A stretch of DNA of 64,000 bases from a virus: positions 6,616-70,615 of IMG/VR virus record IMGVR_UViG_3300035681_000018. The stretch is one strand, 5' to 3'. The translations under genes were made by a program, and so were the position numbers. A model generated the notes under the pieces. The model had not been told where the DNA came from, did no database searches, and was given only the letters and a program-made list of their open reading frames with translations. Positions 45,771 through 54,909 of the stretch are shown here, one piece after another (position 1 is the stretch's first letter; each line of letters opens with the position of its first letter).

Positions 45771-46286
45771 ATGAAACATAAACCACTTCCGTCACAAGAA
45801 GAGCTAAAAGAGCGTTTTCTCTATGATGAAGAAAGGGGAAGGTTGTTGTATAAAACACCTCCTTCTCCTTCTTTTAAACACAGACAAAATTGTCCGGCGG
45901 GTTCCAAGCATCCGGAGGGTGGTTATCAAGTTTGTTATAAATACAAACGATACTTGCACTGCCGTTTAGTTTGGGTTTACGTACATGGCTTTGATCCGGG
46001 TGCTTTAGAAATTGACCACATTAATGGTAATAGAGCTGATGACCGAATTAAGAATCTACGACTTGCAAACAGAATAGAACAGCAATGGAATGTTGGCAAA
46101 ACAAAAAGAAACACAAGTGGCTACAAAGGAGTTAGTTTTTATAAACGTTTAAATAAATGGCGCGCAGATATAACAGTAGATAAAAAACGAAAAACATTAG
46201 GATATTTTAATACTGCCGAAGAGGCGAGTACGGCTTATCAAAAAGCCGCAGCTATTTTGCATGGCGATTTTAAAAATTTTGGATAA
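45771..46286 (+). CDS. HNH-AP2 homing endonuclease
   Basis: IDHINGNRADDRIKNLR, NTSGYKGV..KWRA.I..LGYF.T.EEA..AY..AA..LHGDF. Confidence 0.9.
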   Translation: MKHKPLPSQEELKERFLYDEERGRLLYKTPPSPSFKHRQNCPAGSKHPEGGYQVCYKYKRYLHCRLVWVYVHGFDPGALEIDHINGNRADDRIKNLRLANRIEQQWNVGKTKRNTSGYKGVSFYKRLNKWRADITVDKKRKTLGYFNTAEEASTAYQKAAAILHGDFKNFG

Positions 46287-46337
46287 CAGTGGTACCTAGA
46301 TCGTCTTATTCAATTGGACGAAAGTCAAAAGGGATGA
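46287..46337 (+). pseudogene. orphaned duplicate C-terminus of the DUF3310 gene
   Basis: QWYLDRLIQLDESQKG* versus QWYLERLQQTLEA* at 45680-45721. Confidence 0.75.
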
Positions 46338-46621
46338 GCGTAGTGTAAATCGTCGTCATCGTCCGACTCGTCCTGCATACAAGCCAGGGCGAGTTCACTG
46401 AGTTCCAACTCACTAGGCAGATCCCACTCAATATCAATTCCTTCAGAACACATGATTTCTTTGACGGCTGCCCATTCCATCATCCGTTGGAAGTACAGGT
46501 TTAACAGTGCAGCCTGCAGTTCTTCCCAACACATCTCCTCTGTTTGCAGCTCAGCTTTACGCATGGCAAACTGAAGTTCTAAAGGTAATTCAAACTCTTT
46601 ACGTGTGGATTCGTTCTCCAT
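46325..46621 (-). CDS. nblA: NblA-like phycobilisome degradation protein
   Basis: ELPLELQFAMR...EEMCWEELQAALLNLYFQRMM fits the NblA L.LEQ.F..M..EQ....L..LY.Q.M pattern. Confidence 0.65.
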   Translation of the reverse strand: MENESTRKEFELPLELQFAMRKAELQTEEMCWEELQAALLNLYFQRMMEWAAVKEIMCSEGIDIEWDLPSELELSELALACMQDESDDDDDLHYAHPF

Positions 46622-46654
46622 GGAAAGCCTGAGTGCTGCATTTATTCTAGGACG

Positions 46655-47284
46655 CTAGTCACTTGAAAAGGCAGAGGCGTCGTCAAGCTTGAAACGGTTA
46701 GCAAATTCTGCAAGCGCATAGGGATTAATTGTCGCTTCCAGGGTTCGGATTGCTTCCGTTTCATGGGGCTTCGCACCATAGCTTCTGAACGCACGCAGCA
46801 GTACGTCTGTGGCAACCCAAGGCCTGGCTTCAACGTCGGCAAGGAATAGGTTGATCTCTTCCCTGCGTCGTTCCAGGAGACCACCGATGACTTTGTGATC
46901 TGCATCAAAGACCCACCGTGCAATTTCTTCTGTTACACCAACGTAGTCATCGACCTCAAGACAGTCAATAATGGAGCTGTACAGGAAACTTTCCCAACCA
47001 ACCGAATGACAGAATGAAAGTAATGCTTGGTGCATGCACTCGTCCAAGCCTAGGTTCAACTTCAGAAGTTCTGTGTTTAGAACGGTGAGTTCATCGACAA
47101 GATACTCCAAGGCTTTGCGTTGTGTGCAGCACTGGGTTTTCTTTACAACACTGCCGTCAGGATAATACTGTGTACCAAATCCAATCGTGTAGGGCTCTGC
47201 ACCTGTTTGAGGATCTGGGTAAGCAAGTTCATTGAAACCTTCGTAACGACAGATTAAATCAATCGCTTGCCTGTAATTATCCAT
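46655..47284 (-). CDS. GH24 lysozyme
   Basis: LI.RYEG...AYPDP.TG.EPYTIGFG, ALLSF, GLLERRREE. Confidence 0.85.
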   Translation of the reverse strand: MDNYRQAIDLICRYEGFNELAYPDPQTGAEPYTIGFGTQYYPDGSVVKKTQCCTQRKALEYLVDELTVLNTELLKLNLGLDECMHQALLSFCHSVGWESFLYSSIIDCLEVDDYVGVTEEIARWVFDADHKVIGGLLERRREEINLFLADVEARPWVATDVLLRAFRSYGAKPHETEAIRTLEATINPYALAEFANRFKLDDASAFSSD

Positions 47285-47321
47285 AGGGGTAACAAGTGTT
47301 ACCCCCAAGTATACATAATTT

Positions 47322-47444
47322 TTACTTGCCTTGGCCGCGAGACAGTTTACGTCCATGGCTAGGACGTGAATGCTTGCCGTCCCCCTGACGAGTTTTCTTG
47401 GGCTTGGACTCAATTAAGATCGTAGTGGACTTAGGCTTTGCCAT
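47322..47444 (-). CDS. 40-aa basic peptide
   Basis: MAKPKS...KPKKTRQGDGKHSR...RGQGK; not in ORF track. Confidence 0.6.
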   Translation of the reverse strand: MAKPKSTTILIESKPKKTRQGDGKHSRPSHGRKLSRGQGK

Positions 47445-47480
47445 GTTGCTGTTGTGGCTGCGTTCAAAGTTTAACGTAGA

Positions 47481-47750
47481 TTACCAGGCTTTGCACGACC
47501 AGTAGCCAGCACTGAGCTTGCTCTTGGGTTCATCACAGTTATGTCTTGCGCGAAAATTTTTACGGCGCTCTGGATTGTCCCGTTTAATTTCCATGTTTGC
47601 GTCGCCAAATCGCACAATCTTTTCCTTACCGTCTTCGCAAGCTTTTACAACTGACTTTTTGCCACCTTGAATGTCGCGTCTCGGCTTATTGCACTCCATG
47701 GAATCCTTGTGGATCTTAGCGGCACTAGCGGCTTTCTTATGTTTACTCAT
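47481..47750 (-). CDS. conserved basic phage protein
   Basis: KIVRFGDANM...RRKNFRARHNC...SAGYWSCKAW. Confidence 0.75.
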   Translation of the reverse strand: MSKHKKAASAAKIHKDSMECNKPRRDIQGGKKSVVKACEDGKEKIVRFGDANMEIKRDNPERRKNFRARHNCDEPKSKLSAGYWSCKAW

Positions 47751-47752
47751 GA

Positions 47753-50602
47753 TTAATACTTCGGTGTGAAGCCTTTAAAGGCGTTGGTAAAACTATCAAG
47801 GAAACCTTGGCCTGATTTTGATTTTGCTGTTGTAGTGTCTTCATCGTCATCGTCGTTATAAAGACTGAAGTACGATTCGTTTTCCGTAGAAGAGCTTGTT
47901 TCTTTAGCCTTGTCTTCGTCTGCAAACAAACTTTCAACAGAGCCAAGGGCTTCAAATGGATCGCTGCTGCTTAATCCACTAAATATACCACCCTCTTCAA
48001 ATCCTTTACCGGCCTGTGTTAATAATTCCATATCTTCTCGATTTACATCAGGCATAAATTCGTTGTAGAAATCATCTTCTGTTCCAGCAAACCCTGCGTT
48101 CTTAAACACGTTATAGAGTTCAGTTTCATTCGGGTTAGCACGCGCCGCAGTGTCCTCTGCACGCTCAATATAGTCTACGCCAAGTTTTTCTTGTGTTACT
48201 TGTTCTTTTTTCTCGTTTAAATACTTAATTGCTTCACGTATTTTTGTTGCTTCTCCTGTTTGAAACGCTTCTTCAATATAGGTTTTTACTTCTTCAATAC
48301 CCATTTCCTTACCTGACAGTCCCATTGACTCAAGTATTTTTTCCCATTCGGGTTTATTCTTGACAGGGTCAATACCTTCTAGCATTTTGTCCGCATATTC
48401 CTTAGGCGTCACAAAATTTAAGAAAGATACGCTACCTAGATTTACCTTTTCATTAGCAATAGCCGGAAGAATGCTGTCATCGATAAATGACTGTGCACTA
48501 TTTAAGGATAATTTGTCACGTGCTGGATCAAATCCTTGGTGAATACCATACACTTGATAATGTAATTTTGCAAACTGTGCTTTATCGTTTACGTTGTAAC
48601 CGTACAAATAAGCTAATTGATTCCAAGTGGACGGTGGATTCGTACCTGGCACAACTTGCTCACCGTTTTTCTTTGCTGTTTTCCAATCTTCGTTCACTCT
48701 TGTTGTCTGTAGACTGTGTTGATCAGTGCTTACATCGCCTCCGGAAGGATTAAAATAAAACTCTGAATCAAATCCAGAAGTTCCTGATGTCTTAATCGTA
48801 TCTAACCATTGTTTTGCACGTAAGTCTGCCATGCTTTTTAAAGAGTTTAATGCGCTTTGTGTTTGAAAAATATTTTCTTCTCCTTGTGTAACATCCATAT
48901 AACTCATAAACTCTGACATGGAACGAGACGTATTGAACCGTGGATTTAAATAACGTTTAATATAATCTTCTGCAAATTCTTTATCCACTACATATTGCTT
49001 AGAGGCATCTTGCCAATCCGAAAAAGAAGCACCTTCTTCATAACGTTTTGTCAATGTCTCATCAAACCATTTTTGCCAGTTATATACTGAGTTTGATCTT
49101 GAGGGAATGCCAGTAATGGACGAGAATTGTTTTTCCAAACTATCTTCTGCTTTTTCTTGATCTTGTCCACCTAAAGAAAGAATGCCTCCTACTCCTGAGT
49201 CTCCTAACAACGAATTAGCTAGCTCTTCATTCATGTTAAAAATCTCACTAAAACCTGACATCCCACTATAAAAATCATACTCTTGTTCTTTGGCGCGTTG
49301 TTTTTTATACTCTTTTAATGTTTCATTGAATGTATCAACTGTTAATGATCTAAATTTATCAGCAGCCTCTTGTTCTTTTGGTCCAAGAACACTAGCTAAT
49401 TTGCCTTCAAGTATTGTTTCTCCTCGCGACATTTTTGCTTGTGTGCGAAGGCTTTCTGGTATTTGTGTAATAGTTGGAATGGTTAAGTAGCCACTTGCCC
49501 GATCTTCTGCATCTTCTGGAGATAGCGAAGAAATCCATTGCTTCAAAAACTCAGGATCTTGTGCAGCTTCCCACTCTTTTAAATTACTGTAGGAGCCAAG
49601 GCCCATTACCTGGTCGCGATACTGTTGGTATTGCGCATCAGTTACTGGTACTTCTTTATACTCTTCTGCTTGCTCTGCTTTAGTAACTGCGTTGCCACGC
49701 TCACTTTTGCCGTTAACAACTGCATAGTTATATTGTAAAAAAGTGTTTTGATCATATCTACCTACCAAAGAAACATTTTCGTAAAGGTTTCCGCCAATAT
49801 TTATAGTACCTCCGAGTTCTTTTTGCCATTGATTAAAGGCAGCTTTACCTTGTTGTGTTGTCATATAATAACTAGGATCAAACGCACCCATTGGTGGTTG
49901 GTATGCCTTATTACTTGCTGGATTCCATTTGGGAACTTTACCGTAATACGCATTGACTAAATTTTGTACTGCACCTGAATTGCTTAAGATTGTTGACTCT
50001 ATATCGCCCAGGTTATTTATACCACTTGCAATGTCTTGAAAATTAGTACCGTCGCTACTGTTATATCTATTAGCAAAGTCTTTGAATTTTTGCTGTGCTC
50101 CCGTTCCTATTAAATCGGTATTGACTGAAAGAGTTCCATTAGGCTGTATTGAAAATTGTCCTCCTCCCGGTAATATCCGCGTTTCATTTTTACCGTTGTT
50201 ATTCCAATGGGTTGCGCCCCACTGTTCTTTTGTTTGTGAATATGTTTTTGGTAGAACACGTCCTTCTTTGCTGCCATACCTAGTCCAATGGTCTTGTCCC
50301 CAGGCTGTTTTATTTGTTGGATATGTTTTTGGTAAAACACGTCCTTCTCTACTACCATTGTTCTTCCAATGATTTTCCCCCCACTCTTGAATCTCCTTGT
50401 TAGTTTTATTAGAACCTACAGCAGCTTTTAAATCTGGATTTGATAGTACGTATTGCACGTAATCTGGTGTGCCTGTTGCTTCAAACGCGCTTAATAAATC
50501 AGGGCTACTATTAACATATGCATTGTAATTAGGTGTACCGGAATTAATGTAGGCTTGCGCTAAATCACCATACGCATCTACGTAATCAGAAAAAACGCCC
50601 AT
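47753..50602 (-). CDS. large virion-associated protein
   Basis: 949 aa; N-terminal WG..HW...G..EGRVLP repeats; in structural operon. Confidence 0.65.
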   Translation of the reverse strand: MGVFSDYVDAYGDLAQAYINSGTPNYNAYVNSSPDLLSAFEATGTPDYVQYVLSNPDLKAAVGSNKTNKEIQEWGENHWKNNGSREGRVLPKTYPTNKTAWGQDHWTRYGSKEGRVLPKTYSQTKEQWGATHWNNNGKNETRILPGGGQFSIQPNGTLSVNTDLIGTGAQQKFKDFANRYNSSDGTNFQDIASGINNLGDIESTILSNSGAVQNLVNAYYGKVPKWNPASNKAYQPPMGAFDPSYYMTTQQGKAAFNQWQKELGGTINIGGNLYENVSLVGRYDQNTFLQYNYAVVNGKSERGNAVTKAEQAEEYKEVPVTDAQYQQYRDQVMGLGSYSNLKEWEAAQDPEFLKQWISSLSPEDAEDRASGYLTIPTITQIPESLRTQAKMSRGETILEGKLASVLGPKEQEAADKFRSLTVDTFNETLKEYKKQRAKEQEYDFYSGMSGFSEIFNMNEELANSLLGDSGVGGILSLGGQDQEKAEDSLEKQFSSITGIPSRSNSVYNWQKWFDETLTKRYEEGASFSDWQDASKQYVVDKEFAEDYIKRYLNPRFNTSRSMSEFMSYMDVTQGEENIFQTQSALNSLKSMADLRAKQWLDTIKTSGTSGFDSEFYFNPSGGDVSTDQHSLQTTRVNEDWKTAKKNGEQVVPGTNPPSTWNQLAYLYGYNVNDKAQFAKLHYQVYGIHQGFDPARDKLSLNSAQSFIDDSILPAIANEKVNLGSVSFLNFVTPKEYADKMLEGIDPVKNKPEWEKILESMGLSGKEMGIEEVKTYIEEAFQTGEATKIREAIKYLNEKKEQVTQEKLGVDYIERAEDTAARANPNETELYNVFKNAGFAGTEDDFYNEFMPDVNREDMELLTQAGKGFEEGGIFSGLSSSDPFEALGSVESLFADEDKAKETSSSTENESYFSLYNDDDDEDTTTAKSKSGQGFLDSFTNAFKGFTPKY

Positions 50603-50605
50603 TGT

Positions 50606-50944
50606 TTAACACTCGCCAAAAATAAAAACAGACTGTTGCTGGAGCCAGGCTTCAATCCTAGCAAGAGATGAAGAAGAAAAAAAAGATTGTTTTTCATACC
50701 ATTTTTTCATATCCTCTGATCCCTTGTTTGCGTTGCATCGCCGGCAACAAGGAAGTAAGTTATGGCGGTTAGAAGAACCAGATTTAAACCTTGGTACAAT
50801 GTGATCAAGACTTGACGCCGAGTCACCGCAATATCCACATTTGTAATCCCAGGCTTCATATATACTTTGTCTAAAACGTTTTTTGGCAAGCTTTGGAGTT
50901 AATTCAACTAGCAGGGCGAGGGGCTCGTGCTCGTTGCAAAACAT
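50606..50944 (-). CDS. HNH endonuclease
   Basis: CGYCG...SLDHIVPR.K.G...NL.PCC..CN..KG. Confidence 0.85.
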   Translation of the reverse strand: MFCNEHEPLALLVELTPKLAKKRFRQSIYEAWDYKCGYCGDSASSLDHIVPRFKSGSSNRHNLLPCCRRCNANKGSEDMKKWYEKQSFFSSSSLARIEAWLQQQSVFIFGEC

Positions 50945-50979
50945 GCTGTCAATGGCCGTTACCTTATTCTAAACTCACC

Positions 50980-52524
50980 TCATGGTTGTAAACGATTGCC
51001 ATACTGATCAATCATTGTGAAATTTTGTACCTCAATCCGATCTGTTGCAAAGTTGAACAAGCGTTGCAACATCGGATACACAGATAATGATTGGCAGTTG
51101 TAAGGAGGCACATCCATCCTTGACAGTGATTCCCTGGCAAGCCTATCTTTTTTAATGGCGTCTATTTCACTATCTGTCTTTGCCACTAGCTGTCTTTCCC
51201 ATTCAGCCATGCTTTCTATGTCAGTTGGAAAATCAGATGGCTCAGGAGGAAATACTCGATCTGCAAACTTAAGCGAATAGATGTGTTTGCAATAACGCAG
51301 CTCGTCTAAAACAGGTGACCATCTGTCTTCAAGAGTTGTCAGCGTAATCTGTGGAATGGAACTGCTATCAAGTGTCTCCGTAACAGATGTGTAATCTGCA
51401 AAAGTTGACATACCATCTGCAGACGATCCTTGCGTGCCAAGGTTGTTGGGATTGCGTGTGTAGGTGCCTCCAAAGTCTGCATAAAGTCCTGGGCTGTCCC
51501 TCGTCGCATCACGACTGATAACACGATCTGTTGTGACTTGGTTCGTCAAATCAAACGAAGGAGGTGCTGTAATCTCTAGTGTGAGATTGATGGAGGGGTC
51601 TACTTGCGCAGGAGTTCTTAAAATACCGTCACGTTTGGTAAGTTCAAAACGGCCTGGTTTAACGGTGGCAATATTAGTGCGTGGAAATAACTTCCTTGGA
51701 TTCTCCGAAGACACATAGAAGTAGTCCCGCCGTGTAAAGTCTTGGCATGTGCAACTGTATCGTGCACCAGAGTTTAGATAACGTCCTGGAGTAAATCCGA
51801 TAGGCGAAGGAGTTACAAAGTTTTCATCTGGTGTTGCTTGTACGGAACCCGACTTTCGGAACTTAAGAATACCAGTGGTTTCGTTAATGTCTAGCAAGAC
51901 TGCGGATACGTAACCATACCGTGTTTGCGTATTGGGATTGATCGTATCAACTTCAATTAACTCACCACCGGAAGCGACAATGCGATCCTCAAACACTTCC
52001 GAGATCAAAGGCTTTTGTCCACCAGGGAAAAAGAATGGTGGTGGCAGTGGGTTTGATGGGCTCCAGGTGCCTGTCAGTTTTACGTACCAATAGTTCTTGT
52101 CTTCTGTTACTGATTCAACAGATAAGTTACTGGTACTTACAGGGTCGGTGTATAAGTCAGTTCTAATGGCTCCTGCATAGCGCCACAAGCACCAATGCAT
52201 GCCAAGCTCTCGACTCTTCGTTGGGAAGCCAATAAATGCTCCCTGGATAACAATGGGAGGACTAGGAGCAAATACAACGTCCGGAATGTTGTACTCAAAC
52301 TCGTATGTAAAGTATTGTCCGTTTGAGTATATTTCGTAGCCTCTACGCCAACGTGCCCATGCCGACTCCCTGTCAATCGTCCAAATTGAACCAGGGAGCG
52401 ATCCTTTGGAAAACTCCCCTTGAATTGGTTTTACTTCCTTGGGATTAATCTGATCTTTTACCTTGCCAAAGTCACCAAAAGAATTTGTTCTTTGTCCGCC
52501 GAAAGAGTTGCCTCTCTTTGACAT
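50980..52524 (-). CDS. structural-region protein with split SWIM-like motif
   Basis: YSCTCQDF ... YCKHI. Confidence 0.6.
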   Translation of the reverse strand: MSKRGNSFGGQRTNSFGDFGKVKDQINPKEVKPIQGEFSKGSLPGSIWTIDRESAWARWRRGYEIYSNGQYFTYEFEYNIPDVVFAPSPPIVIQGAFIGFPTKSRELGMHWCLWRYAGAIRTDLYTDPVSTSNLSVESVTEDKNYWYVKLTGTWSPSNPLPPPFFFPGGQKPLISEVFEDRIVASGGELIEVDTINPNTQTRYGYVSAVLLDINETTGILKFRKSGSVQATPDENFVTPSPIGFTPGRYLNSGARYSCTCQDFTRRDYFYVSSENPRKLFPRTNIATVKPGRFELTKRDGILRTPAQVDPSINLTLEITAPPSFDLTNQVTTDRVISRDATRDSPGLYADFGGTYTRNPNNLGTQGSSADGMSTFADYTSVTETLDSSSIPQITLTTLEDRWSPVLDELRYCKHIYSLKFADRVFPPEPSDFPTDIESMAEWERQLVAKTDSEIDAIKKDRLARESLSRMDVPPYNCQSLSVYPMLQRLFNFATDRIEVQNFTMIDQYGNRLQP

Positions 52525-52526
52525 GA

Positions 52527-53327
52527 TCAGAAGAAACCGCCTTCAGCGTAGACGTGTGCACCTGGGATGTATCCAGATGCGTTAGGACCGTCAGGAAACA
52601 CGCCTACGTACAAACGGTCGCCACGTTCCAGGTAAATGCCACGGTTGCGTAACGGAGCACCAGCAGAGAGCCCTGAGGCGTTACCAGCGGCTGGGTTGGG
52701 TGCCGCAAGTTGTGGCATCACATCAGAACAATCAACTTGTTGTGTGTTGGCGGGAACACGCTTGGCAAGTACAACTTTGTAATCGCCACTCGCTGGGATG
52801 GGCTGCGTGGTACCACGGGTCTGATAGACGACAAACGTTACTTCTGGCTGGTACGGACCAACGGTACCGCCGTAAGAAAAACCACTTGCGTCAGGAGTTG
52901 CAACACCAGAGTACCGAATGGTTCCCATGGTACCGGTAATTGCCGTCGCACCTGTATAGGTGTAGTACCCAAGACCACTCTCTGCTGCTGGAGTGTTAAG
53001 TCCAGTAGCTGTAATGAAAACAGTCTGGCCACTTACCAAACGAATGCGTGTGCCAGTGGTTGTGGAATCAAGGGTGTAGTCAGGATTGCGATAGTAGTCA
53101 TTACGAACAATAGTGATGGAGTCAACAACGCCACCACTATTATTGTCTTCTTGAAGTGCAGCATCCATATCGACAAGGATCGAAGGAGCTTGGCCGCCTT
53201 GCACAAAGAGTGTGTTAGCGGATGCGCTACCAACGGTCTGAGTCGTGACTCGTACCGAATCAAAAAGAGGCCTGTCAACTAACAGGGGCTGCTTATTTGT
53301 GTTAGTACTGGCTATTTGACTAAACAC
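52527..53327 (-). CDS. putative tail/structural protein
   Basis: ASTNTNKQPLLVDRP N-terminus, GGFF C-terminus; GTG start behind a hairpin. Confidence 0.7.
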   Translation of the reverse strand: MFSQIASTNTNKQPLLVDRPLFDSVRVTTQTVGSASANTLFVQGGQAPSILVDMDAALQEDNNSGGVVDSITIVRNDYYRNPDYTLDSTTTGTRIRLVSGQTVFITATGLNTPAAESGLGYYTYTGATAITGTMGTIRYSGVATPDASGFSYGGTVGPYQPEVTFVVYQTRGTTQPIPASGDYKVVLAKRVPANTQQVDCSDVMPQLAAPNPAAGNASGLSAGAPLRNRGIYLERGDRLYVGVFPDGPNASGYIPGAHVYAEGGFF

Positions 53328-53376
53328 CCTGTCTATGCTAATTTGACAGGGGCCTCCAAAAACTTCTCTTATTCTA

Positions 53377-53994
53377 ATGGCAGAAACAACTTTTCAATGT
53401 GCTTGCTGCGGTACTTTTTACCAACGGAGCGGAAATACTGCGGCATGGCACAGAAAGCGCTTAAAAGAACGCGGATATGTTTATTGCTCAAAAAATTGTG
53501 CATCTTTTAAACATGGCGCAAATAAAAATAAAACACCAGAATACGGTTCATGGTGTGCAATGAAAAACCGTTGCAACAATCCAAGCCATAAAGCTTATGC
53601 TAGATACGGTGGACGTGGCATAACTTGTGATATTACGTGGGAAAATTTCAATGTTTTTTTAAAAGATATGGGGGAAAAACCGCACCCTAAAATGGAGTTA
53701 GAACGAATTGACAACAATAAAAACTACTGTAAAGAAAACTGTCGTTGGGCAACACATAAAGAGCAAACACGTAATCGAGGAGGAAAACGCGCTACCAGAT
53801 TATATAGCTTTGAGGGTAAAACAATGTGTATTGCTGATTGGGCAAAAGAAGTGGGTATTTCTCCCCAATCAATGCAAAAACGTCTTAACAATAACTGGCC
53901 GCTTGAAAAAGCGTTCTCAAACGAACGTCATGACGGCAAAGGAAGTAGCCATGTAAAGCCTGCCGCTGTCGAAGCCAAGGGTCTACAGCACTAA
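53377..53994 (+). CDS. HNH-family homing endonuclease (antisense insertion)
   Basis: Y.SW.AMK.RC.NP...Y..YGGRGI, F..DMG, LERIDNN.NYC.ENCRWAT..EQ..N. Confidence 0.9.
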   Translation: MAETTFQCACCGTFYQRSGNTAAWHRKRLKERGYVYCSKNCASFKHGANKNKTPEYGSWCAMKNRCNNPSHKAYARYGGRGITCDITWENFNVFLKDMGEKPHPKMELERIDNNKNYCKENCRWATHKEQTRNRGGKRATRLYSFEGKTMCIADWAKEVGISPQSMQKRLNNNWPLEKAFSNERHDGKGSSHVKPAAVEAKGLQH

Positions 53995-54016
53995 TATCCA
54001 CCATTATACCTGAGTT

Positions 54017-54694
54017 TCAATAACCAGGTGTAGATAATGGATTGGTTATAACACCTAGATTCTTGCTCATACCACCTAAGAATTCTGCAAATCGTTGACC
54101 TGCATTCTTAGGTTGTGGAGCACTTTGCATGGCTTGCTGCATCAATCTGATATTCATTGCCTCTTCAAGCGTAGGTCCATACACAGGTGCAGAGCCCGCT
54201 ACTTGTGGTGCTGGGGCTGCGACAGAAGGTTGTCCGCCAACGTCAAGAGGATCTCCTAACACACGTTGTGCGTTAGCGTATAGATCGCCTCCTTTTCTGA
54301 AACGTGGCAATGCCCCACGGACAGATGTACCGAAAGAATCCTTTGCTTCTAGAGAAACATTTGGATTGCCGCCAAGGACCGTGGCATATGCACGATCAAT
54401 ACCCATACCTGGTTTAAAACCTCTGTCTTCAAAATACTTCAGAACAGCAGGCATTTGACCAGCCCTTGTTTGAGGACCAGTAATTCCGTATAGTTTTTGT
54501 TCGTTTTGTCCAAACTGAATTAAACCTTTGTGCCGTCCTCCTGCGCCCCCTACAATGTTAGGATCCATATTCATCCCTGATTCCAGGGATAAAAATGCGC
54601 CGAACTCATAAGGATCTAAGCCAAGGCGCTTAGCTCCTTCAAAGATTGCTTGCCTTTCGTTTGTAGGAAGGATTCCAACTCGTGGTGTGGCCAT
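54017..54694 (-). CDS. lysozyme/transglycosylase-like virion protein
   Basis: SLESG..DP...GLIQFG motif. Confidence 0.6.
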   Translation of the reverse strand: MATPRVGILPTNERQAIFEGAKRLGLDPYEFGAFLSLESGMNMDPNIVGGAGGRHKGLIQFGQNEQKLYGITGPQTRAGQMPAVLKYFEDRGFKPGMGIDRAYATVLGGNPNVSLEAKDSFGTSVRGALPRFRKGGDLYANAQRVLGDPLDVGGQPSVAAPAPQVAGSAPVYGPTLEEAMNIRLMQQAMQSAPQPKNAGQRFAEFLGGMSKNLGVITNPLSTPGY

Positions 54695-54707
54695 GGCAAT
54701 TAGGTCC

Positions 54708-54824
54708 TTATTCTCCTACCCAATTTGAATCTGCCTTGAGTCCAGGAATAAAAACAGTCTGTACAGCGGCAACAAGACTGATCTTCGTGGCTAAACGCTT
54801 GACAAAATTAGGACAGAGAATCAT
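54708..54824 (-). CDS. 38-aa signal-peptide-like sORF
   Basis: MILCPNFVKRLATKISLVAAVQTVFIPGLKADSNWVGE. Confidence 0.4.
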   Translation of the reverse strand: MILCPNFVKRLATKISLVAAVQTVFIPGLKADSNWVGE

Positions 54825-54909
54825 TGGTTTAAAAGCAACAACACTGGCCCCCGTAGATCAAAGATCTGTGTCCAGTAGGTTGGGCTTACATGCTGAGCAA
54901 TGCCAAAAA

